Shown here: positions 54,223 to 64,000 of the stretch, in pieces | How positions within the stretch are numbered: the stretch's first letter is position 1 | How the letters are laid out: each line of letters starts with the position of its first letter | DNA from: Eledone cirrhosa | Lineage: Eukaryota | NCBI GenBank assembly: GCA_964016885.1 | Contig: OZ024762.1 | Coordinates: forward strand, 12,090,001-12,154,000 | Reading direction: 5' to 3' | DNA length: 64,000 bases | Made by a program: the position numbers and the translations under genes | The notes under the pieces: model-generated | What the model was told of the DNA's origin: nothing | Databases searched by the model: none | Seen by the model: only the letters and a program-made list of their open reading frames with translations

Positions 54223-55327
54223 CACTCTCTCTTACCCCCCCTCCTCCACCATCTCTACCATCACCACCACCTCTAACATCTCTACCACCACCACCACCAC
54301 CTCTCACCCAGGTTTCCTGGACTGACTCCATTAAATGTTAATGAGTTGGCATCTCTAATGGACTACACTGAGGTTGTCAAATTCTTCCTCTACAATTCCT
54401 TCCTCCCTTCTCTCTTTCCTCTCCTCTTTCCTTCATAAGATTGTTTTTCCTCTTAATTTCCACAAGGAACCAAAATGGCCAAAGTAAAGAATTGTTGCAT
54501 CACTTTTCTATCCATCTTTTGGCATTGAGCTGTCTTCTCTCTTTAATCCTTTTGTTAGCAGATTTCTAATGAAATCGTTTTAAAAATAAGAATTTGGAGA
54601 GATTTAGTAATTACAACTAACTTTTTAATTATTTATTTTGTGTCTGGAACATAACTTAACCCTTTAACATCTATATTACTCTATATATACTATTGTATTT
54701 TCACGGTAAAGGCTTTACCTCACATAATATCTCACATAACATTTACATTACTCTATATATACTATTGTATTTTCACGGTAAAGACTTTACCTCACATAAT
54801 ATCTCACATAACATTTACATTACTCTATATTTACTATTGTATTTTCATGGTAAAGGTTTTATTTCACATAATTATCTCACATAATATTGAATCTACGAGA
54901 TTTTGATATTTATTATGAGAGCAATACCTTAATTATGTATGAGCAGCTGGTTTGAACAGAAAGTGGTGAGAGAATTCTAAACGATTAACAATGGTCTTTA
55001 ATAAAATTATGATGGAGCTTTTTAGATAAATATAAACACTTTAACCCTTTCATTACTATATTTCTATTGAAAGACACTGTCAGTGGTTTTCAAAACATTT
55101 TGAAAATAATCGAGAATCTGGAGGGATTTAATAATATAACTAATTTTCTCATTAAACTGGTGTTTGGAATGTAACTTAAAAGTTCTTACATGAAACAATT
55201 GTAAAAGGCTTTTAGATAAATATAAATATTTTAACCCTTTTGATACCAACCTTGCCAAAATTCTCTCTGGTTAAAAAACAGCCACCAATTTTAACAGGTT
55301 TCTATGTAAATTAAGATCTTCCAACAT

Positions 55328-55501
55328 AAGAGGGGTTGCTGAAAAGTTCCTGGCTTTGGGTAAACGAAAATACAGAGGGGATCACTTAAAATACAGGAGG
55401 ATCAGTTAAACTACTGGAGGATCAGTTGAAAGAAAATATAGGAGGATCAGTTAAAACAAATACAGAAGGATCAATTAAAAGAACATATAGGACGTTAAAC
55501 A

Positions 55502-55584
<83 letters not shown>

Positions 55585-55752
55585 AGGAGGATCAGTTAAA
55601 ATAAAATACCAAAGGATAAATTATGATTTTATTCAACATATTCCCCTCTCAGATTCACTTATTGCAGGCGCCCAACCTCCCCCGTAAAGGTAATAGCCCT
55701 CCCCTTTCGCGATAACCCTTAAAGCCTGAAACTTTTCAGTTACCCCCTTGTA
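55328..55752. mobile_element. Mariner-derived MITE interrupted by a (GAT)n retroposon tail
   Basis: TIRs gaggggttgctgaaaagttcctggcttt / aaagcctgaaacttttcagttacccccttg, flanked by TA. Confidence 0.7.
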
Positions 55753-56572
55753 TTATGTTATTGGCAGTATCAGTAGAGTGTCATATAGTTACGTCCCTTT
55801 ATGTTCTGAGTTCAAATCCCGCCGAGGTTAGCTTTGTCTTTCATTTTTATAGAGTTGATAAAATAAAGTACCAGTAATGCACTGAGGTTGATTTAATCAA
55901 CTTTCCTCCCTTCCTCCAAAATTGTTGGCCTTGTGTCTAAACCAGAAACCATTATCTTAATAATGAAATAATGTAACTTTGCCTTTCATCCTTACGGGGT
56001 CGATAAAATAAAGTACCAGTAATACACTGGGGTAATTGCTAGCCTTGTGCTAAATGTAGAAACAATTATATTACTAATATAAAACACTGCCTTTAATTTA
56101 TAGCAAAAGGATTAACCCTTTAGCATTTAAACCGGCCATATCCGGCCAGAATTTTCTTGCCTCTTTCTGTTCAAACCATCTGTAACTCGCCGCTCATACT
56201 GATGTTAAGGTATTGTTCTCAAAATAAATAATATCAAAATCTCACAGATTCGATATTGTGTGAGATATTTATGTTAGGATATTATTTTACCATGAAAATA
56301 TAATAGTATATATACAGTAATGTAAATATCATGTGAGGTAAAGCCCTTACTGTGAAAATACAATAGTATATATAGAGTAATGTAAATGTTATGTGAGGTA
56401 AAGCCTTTACTGTGAAAATACAATAGTATATATAGAGTAATGTAAATACTAAAGAGTTAAGACACCTAATAAAGCCCCAATGAGATGTAAGCTTGTAGGA
56501 AACCAGCTAAACTTGTATCAATGTGAATTGTAAATTTCATTTTCATTTTTAAGGACACTGAGCCCCCTAGAG

Positions 56573-57580
56573 TTGTAATGAGGTAGTACTGGTGCCATGA
56601 TAAAACACACCCAACCCACCTTGTAATGAGGTAGTACTGGTGCCATGATAAAACACACCCAACCCACCTTGTAATGAGGTAGTACTGGTGCCATGATAAA
56701 ACACACCCAACCCACCTTGTCATGAGGTAGTACTGGTGCCATGATAAAACACACCCAACCCACCTTGTAATGAGGTAGTACTGGTGCCATGATAAAACAC
56801 ACCCAGCCCACCTTGTAATGAGGTAGTACTGGTGCCATGATAAAACACACCCAGCCCACCTTGTAAAGCATGCCACATTGAAAAGCTCCTAGTCCACCCA
56901 GTAAAGTGGTAGGGATGGCACCATGACAAAAAGCACCTTGTCAACCCAATAAGGTGGCAGGGCTGGTGTCACAACAAGAAGTCCCCAGTCGACCCTGTAA
57001 AGTGGTAGGGATGGTACCGAGACAAAAAGCCCCCTGTCTGCCCTGTAAAGTGGTAATGCTGGTGTCACAACAAGAAGTCCCCAGTCCACCCTGTAAAGTG
57101 GCAGGGATGGTACCGAGACAAAAAGCCCCCCGTCTGCCCTGTAAAGTGGTAATGCTGGTGTCACAACAAGAAGTCCCCAGTCCACCCTGTAAAGTGGCAG
57201 AGATGGTACCGAGACAAAAAGCCCCCTGTCTGCCCTGTAAAGTGGTAATGCTGGTGTCACAACAAGAAGTCCCCAGTCCACCCTGTAAAGTGGCAGGGAT
57301 GGTACCGAGACAAAAAGCCCCCTGTCTGCCCTGTAAAGTGGTAATGCTGGTGTCACAACAAGAAGTCCCCAGTCCACCCTGTAAAGTGGCAGGGATGGTA
57401 CCGAGACAAAAAGCCCCCTGTCTGCCCTGTAAAGTGGTAATGCTGGTGTCACAACAAGAAGTCCCCAGTCCACCCTGTAAAGTGGCAGGGATGGTACCGA
57501 GACAAAAAGCCCCCTGTCTGCTCTGTAAAGTGGTAATGCTGGTGTCACAACAAAAAGCATCCAGTCTACCCTGTAGTGAG
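56573..57580. repeat. 48-bp monomer array followed by 96-bp (2x48) higher-order array, same family as 27513-28310, opposite strand
   Basis: Units read directly; A/B monomers alternate from ~56960. Confidence 0.9.
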
Positions 57581-57716
57581 GTAAATGTTTATGTGTAAAG
57601 TTGTTGGTGTTAGGAAGCACACCCAGCTGTAGAAAGCAAGACATTGGCACCTGATCAGGCTGGCCTCAACATGCTACAACCTAACCCATGCATCCATTGG
57701 GAAATACAAGTTAAAC

Positions 57717-57750
<34 letters not shown>

Positions 57751-57751
<1 letters not shown>

Positions 57752-57797
57752 ACATTTGGGCAAATGCTGATGAAGTGTAATAACACTGAAATACAGC
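57751..57797 (+). ncRNA. Type III-like hammerhead motif with disrupted stem III, in REV3L intron
   Basis: TA-cattt(gggc)aaatg-CTGATGA-agtgt(aata)acact-GAAA-tacagc. Stems I and II are perfect hairpins. The 5' strand of stem III is occupied by a (GAT)n retroposon tail. Confidence 0.5.
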
Positions 57798-57908
57798 CAT
57801 CACCACACTTACCCCGATGGTGTGACTCACAGCTACACTAGTTGTCTCTATGTATGTAGATTGTTACATCAACATATTGTGTTTAGGTATATAGGCTACT
57901 TTAGTTTG

Positions 57909-57968
<60 letters not shown>

Positions 57969-58122
57969 GTATATGTATTTTTGTGTATATGTATATATAT
58001 ATATGTATATGTATTTTTGTGTATATGTATGTATATATATATATATATATATATATCATATATGTATATGTATATATATATATATATGTATATGTATTTT
58101 TATGTCTATGTATGTATGTGTG

Positions 58123-58185
<63 letters not shown>

Positions 58186-58272
58186 GTTTTCATTTGTAAT
58201 TTATAATATTGTGTATCTGAGTCTGTGTTTGAGTGAAAAACAGATAAATATACATATATGTGTGTATGTATA

Positions 58273-58321
<49 letters not shown>

Positions 58322-58717
58322 TGTCTTTCCCTATCACACACATTCACACTTTGTCGCACTAACACATACACACAGGCATTGTATCACACACACACACAGT
58401 AAAATATATTATAGAGATTGCCTGGATCAAATAGTGAATGTAACAGTGGTGGTGGTGGTGGAGGTGGTGTGGTAGTGCTGTAATGGTGGTGGTGGTGGTG
58501 TGGTGCTATAATGGTGGTGGTGGTGGTGGTGTGGTGCTGTAATGGTGGTGGTGGTGTGGTGCTATAATGGTGGTGGTGGTGTGGTGCTGTAATGGTGGTG
58601 GTGGTGTGGTGCTGTAATGGTGGTGGTGTGGTGCTGTAATGGTGGTGGTGGTGTGGTGCTGTAATGGTGGTGGTGGTGGTGGTGGTGCTGTAATGGTGGT
58701 GGTAGTGGTCAGGATGT

Positions 58718-58757
<40 letters not shown>

Positions 58758-58844
58758 ACCTATCAATGTAACTATACATATATACATATCTATCTATCTA
58801 TCTATATATTTATATTAGGTATGAATCAAAGTTGTAATGCACAC

Positions 58845-58898
<54 letters not shown>

Positions 58899-59947
58899 CA
58901 TCTATCTATATATATATATACATCCATCCATCCATCTATCTATCTATATATATCTATATATCTCCATCTATCTATTTTCCCTACTAGTGCACCACACCAT
59001 TACTATGTAACTAATATAGCAGTATTAGTCACTGGACACACAGTGAAACATACTGTAGAGATAGCTTGGATCAGGTAATGGTGGTGGTGGTGGTGGTGTT
59101 GATGAAGGTAATGGTGGTGGTGGTGGTTGTGGTGGTGTTGATGAAGGTAATGGTGGTGGTGGTGGTTGTGGGGATGATGATGGTGGTGGTGGTGGTGTTG
59201 ATGAAGGTAATGGTGGTGGTGGTGGTGGTGTTGATGAAGGTAATGGTGGTGGTGGTGAGGATGATGAAGGTAATGGTGGTTGTGGGGATGATGGTGGTGG
59301 TGGTGGTGTTGATGGTGGTTGTGGGGATGGTGGTGGTGGTGATGGTAGTGGTGGTGGTGGTGATGATGAAGGTAATGGTGGTGGTGGTAGTGGTGGGGAT
59401 GATGGTGGTGGTGGTGGTGGTGGTTGTGGGGACGATGATGGTGGTGGTGGTTGTGGGGACGATGATGGTGGTGGTGGTGGTGGTGGTGGTGATGATGAAG
59501 GTAATGGTGGTGGTGGTGGTTGTGGGGATGATGATGGTGGTGGTAATGGTGATGGTGATGATGATGAAGGTAATGGTGGTGGTGGTGGTGATGATGGTAA
59601 TGGTGGTGGTGTTGATGGTGGTGATGATGGCGGCAGTGGTGGTGGTGGTGGCAGTGCTGGAGTAGGTGGTAATGGTGGTAGTGGTGGAGATGGTAATGGT
59701 GTTTTTGATGATGATGATGTTGATGATGGTGGTGGTGGTGAAGATGGTACTGGTGTTGTTGATGATGGTGGTGATGTTGGTGGCGGTGATGCTGCTGATG
59801 ACCTACCATTTGGTGGACAGTGCTAATCAATAATCTATTTACAGCAGTCTTACTTGTATCTATAAACCTCACTAGTGATATATACACATGTATGCATATA
59901 CACACACACACATATATACATATACACATGCATGTATGTATACATAC

Positions 59948-59989
<42 letters not shown>

Positions 59990-61939
59990 TCACTCATATG
60001 TGGACACATACATCTATGTATGTATACACATATATATATACATACACACTCACACACATGTATGTATATATACACACATGTATGTATATGCTGGCCTTGT
60101 GTTTATAGTAGAAACAATTATTATTATTAATACGGGGTTGATAAAATAAAGTACCAGTAATACACTGGGATAATTGCTGGCCTTGTGCCTAACGTAGAAA
60201 CAATCATTATTAAGGTGGCGGTGGATTGGCAGAACCGGCGGAGTGTCGGACAAGCTTTGCATCGTATTGTTACGGCCCTTTGTGTTCTGAGTTCAAATCC
60301 CGCCGAGGTCAACTTTGCCTTTCATCCTTACGGGGTCGATAAAATAGAGTACCAGTAATGTACTGAGGTCAATATAATCAACATAGCCAGTCCTTGGCCT
60401 TGTGTCTAAATCAGAAACAGTTATAAACAAATTATGTTTCGTAGTGCAGCTATTATAATGACATATTGATTGGGGGTAGCCATTATTGGGTTAGGGGTTT
60501 TTTTTTTTTCTTTCTTAAGTGCATAATTAGTTGTTTGAAGTGTTTTATTTTTGTTTGTGTCTACCTGGCTGTCTAATTACCTCTCTTTCTACCTGGCTGT
60601 CTAATTACCTCTCTCTCTACTGTCTACCTGGCTGTCTAATTACCTCTCTGTCTACCTGGCTATCTATCTACCTGGCTGTCTAATTAACTCTCTGTCTACC
60701 TGGTTATCTATCTACCTGGCTGTCTAATTACCTCTCTCTCTACCTGGCTATCTATCTACCTGTCTACCTGGCTGTCTAATTACCTCTCTCTCTACCTGGC
60801 TATCTATCTACCTGTCTACCTGGCTGTCTAATTACCTCTCTGTCTACCTGGCTGTCTAATTACCTCTCTCTCTACCTGTCTACCTGGCTGTCTAATTACC
60901 TCTCTCTCTACCTGTCTACCTGGCTGTCTAATTACCGCTCTCTCTACCTGTCTACCTGGCTGTCTAATTACCTCTCTCTCTACCTGGCTACCTGGCTATC
61001 TAATTACCTCTCTCTCTACCTGGCTGTCTAATTACCTCTCTGGCTACCTGGCTGTCTAATTACCTCTCTATCTACCTGTCTACCTAGCTGTCTAATTACC
61101 TACCTGTCTACCTGGCTGTCTAATTACCTCTCACTCTACCTGTCTGTCTAATTACCTCTCTTTCTACCTGGCTGTCTAATTAACTCTCACTCTACCTGTC
61201 TGTCTAATTACCTCTCACTCTACCTGGCTGTCTAATTAACTCTCTCTCTACCTGTCTACCTGGCTGTCTAATTACCTCTCTACCTACCTGTGTATCTGGC
61301 TATCTATACCCATCTCTCTGTCCAGTCCAGTCCAGCTGCCATAAAACCATCAGTGGCTATATATGGATTGATGTGATTTGTGAAACAAAAAGGCCATCTC
61401 ACCACTACCACTATCGGTGACCACACCACACCAGTGACCACTGACCACAACACTACCACTCACCACACCACTCATCACAATCAGTGACCACACCACTACC
61501 ACTCCACTACTACTCACCACACCACACCACTGACCACTCCACTACTACTCACCACACCACTACCACTCACCACACCCACTGACCACTCCACTACTACTCA
61601 CCACACCACAACCACTGACCACTCCACTACTACTCACCACACCACACCACTGACCACTCCACTACTACTCACCACACCACACCACTACCACTCACCACAC
61701 CACAACCACTGACCACTCCACTACTACTCACCACACCACACCACTACCACTCACCACACCACTGACCACTCCACTACTACTCACAACACCACACCACTAC
61801 CACTCACCACTACACTACCACTATACTACAATTCAATATGTAGTGTGTCATATGAAATATATCATATCTTGTAGATAGATGGACGGACAGACAGATAAAT
61901 GGGTAGTATGTAGATAGATATATCGATAAATACATAGGT

Positions 61940-62180
61940 AGATAGATAGATTTCTTTATTTGCCACAAGGGCGCACAAGAAAAGGGGACAGTACAAAGAC
62001 ATGTGGCGGGGATTTTACATACAATCGTGTAAAAAATATAAACAAATAATTACAACAATCGAAATCCCCAATAGGGGGCAAGCGCCACAAATGGGTTGTT
62101 TAATACCCCGTCGATAGAACAACCCTAAACTCCAGGAGCGTGTTGTGCAAGTGTTCTCTTCTTCCTTTTGCTCTCTTAGG
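61940..62180 (-). mobile_element. Tx1-like 3' UTR copy in (TAGA)n
   Basis: Reverse complement of 17645-17880, flanked by gata/taga repeats. Confidence 0.7.
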
Positions 62181-63171
62181 CAGATAGATAAATAGTAAGA
62201 CAGACAGACAGACTAATAGATAGTAAGAGACTGGTAGATTGGTAGATATATGACAGCCAGACAGAATGTCGTGTTCTTAATAAAGAGTGCAAAATGGTGT
62301 TAAAATTAATTAAACTACTGATTGTGGTTGTGGGGGAGGTGGTGGTGGTGTTGGAGTTAGTATCAGTGGTGGTGGTGTCGGGGGAGATGGTGGTGTTTGT
62401 GTTAGTGGTGATGGTGGTGTTTGTGTTGGTGGTGGTGGTGTTAGTGTAAGTGGTGATGGTGGTGTTACTGGTGTTGGTGGAGGTGGTGTTAGTGTCGGTG
62501 GAGATGGTGGTGTTTGTGTTAGTGGTGATGGTGGTGTTTGTGTTGGTGGTGGTGGTGTTACTGGTGTCGGTGGTGGTGGTGTTAGTGTCGGTGGTGGTGG
62601 AGGTGGTGTTAGAGATGTTGATGGCAGCTAATTTTTTCCTCGCTCTGAAGCAAACGAAGGCAAAGTTGAAATTTCATGAGAGTCTTTAAATAATCAATAC
62701 TGTATCAAATATTTCAATACTATTTACTTTTCTGCTGTTACAAAGGATAAGCTTGCTCCAATTAGCTTGATTAAGATAATTGGGTCTACTACAGGCTTCT
62801 CCACCTGCTAGAAATAGCAGCCAAATATCTCTGAACCCTTTCATGACCACATTTCTAATGAAACACATGATGTTTTGATTAATTAACCCTTTAATGTTCA
62901 AACTGGCCAGAATTCTCTACCTCTTTCTGTTGAAACTGGCTGTAACTGGCCACACATACTGATGTTAAGGTATTGTTCTCAAAATAAATACTTTCAAAAT
63001 CTCATAGTGAGATAATTATGCGAGATAAAGCCTTTACCATGAAAATACAATAGTAAATATAGAGTAATGTGAATGCTCAAGGGTTAATGAAGAATTATGA
63101 GTGATTTACTAAAATTATTAATTATTTTGTTACTAAGACAGTAACTTAATGTAAGGTTCTTATATAAAATG

Positions 63172-64000
63172 ACCACTCTTCTTCTTCTTCTCCTCCTCCC
63201 ATTCCTGAGAGGGTTTTTGGGGCAGTCCCCACACACTCCTTCCAGCAGGTCCTGTCAGAAGAAACAGTGTCCAACTGATCCGGCTGGATAGCCAAACATG
63301 ACCAGCCAAGCTCATGGATGTTATCCAACCATCTTGCTCAGGATCTACCCCTGGGTCTCCTGTTGGTTGGTTTTGCCTGTAAAATCTGTCCAGTGATTCT
63401 TTTGAGAGACATTCTAACCACATGTCCAAAGTATCAGAGCTGTGATCTCTCAATTCTGAGAAGTAGCAGCTCTACCTGGAGTGACTCTCTGATCTCCTGA
63501 GACATTCTAACCACATGCTCATAGTATCAGAGCTGTGATCTCTCAATTCAGAGTAGTAGCTGCTCTATCTGGAGTGACTCTCTGATCTCTGAGCTACAAA
63601 TCTGTCCAGTGATTCTTTCCTGAGACATTCTAACCACATGTCCAAAGTATCGAAGCTGTGGTCTCTCAATTCAGAGTAGTAGCTGCTCTACCTGGAGTGA
63701 CTCTCTGATCTCTGAGCTACAAATCTGTCCAGTGATTCTTTCCTGAGACATTCTAACCACATGTCCAAAGTATCGAAGCTGTGATCTCTCAATTCAGAGT
63801 AGTAGCTGCTCTACCTGGAGTGACTCTCTGATCTCTGAGCTACAAATCTGTCCAGTGATTCTTTCCTGAGACATTCTAACTACATGTCCATAATATCAGA
63901 GCTGTGGTCTCTCAATCCAGTGATTCTTTCCTGAGACATTCTAACCACATGTCCATAATATCAGAGCTGTGATCTCTCAATTCAGAGAAGTAGCAGCTCT
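63172..64000 (-). mobile_element. Expander/Rex3-like LINE 3' end with tandem array (runs off window)
   Basis: DNIHELGWSCLAIQPDQLDTVSSDRTCW, (GAA)n tail, and 123-bp and shorter tandem units. Confidence 0.85.

Noticed and set aside
56889-57650. 253-aa and 214-aa repetitive ORFs
   Set aside because: Products of a 96-bp retroposon-derived minisatellite.
59003-59989. 328-aa His-rich ORF
   Set aside because: (GGT/GAT)n low-complexity DNA antisense to the REV3L intron, with no splice or homology support.

Overview
Repeat-dominated animal genomic DNA. The SINE, RTE-LINE and MITE families and the dense (TA)n/(CA)n/(GGT)n microsatellites look like an octopod cephalopod; this is inferred, not proven. 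There is one 200-N gap (2632-2831). Almost every ORF in the supplied track is a microsatellite artefact. The one clearly recognisable host gene feature is the first coding exon of REV3L (DNA polymerase zeta catalytic subunit), 50433-50556 on the + strand, which the ORF track misses. It is preceded by a 2-codon uORF and a hairpin. The rest is RTE/Expander, Tx1, CRE-like and Penelope-like retroelement debris, two abundant tRNA-SINE families, piggyBac- and mariner-type MITEs, and many minisatellites seeded from these elements. The most notable hidden signal is a set of hammerhead ribozyme motifs read directly from the sequence. Three are canonical type I motifs (6607-6677 -, 9189-9254 +, 26589-26651 +). 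Three carry the compensatory U3:A8 core, UUGANAA (6030-6069 -, and a mirror pair at 43255-43298 - / 43943-43986 + in an inverted repeat enclosing a 13x47-bp array). One is a type III-like motif in the REV3L intron (57751-57797 +). A weakly supported spliced minus-strand transcript with a single in-frame UGA is also noted.
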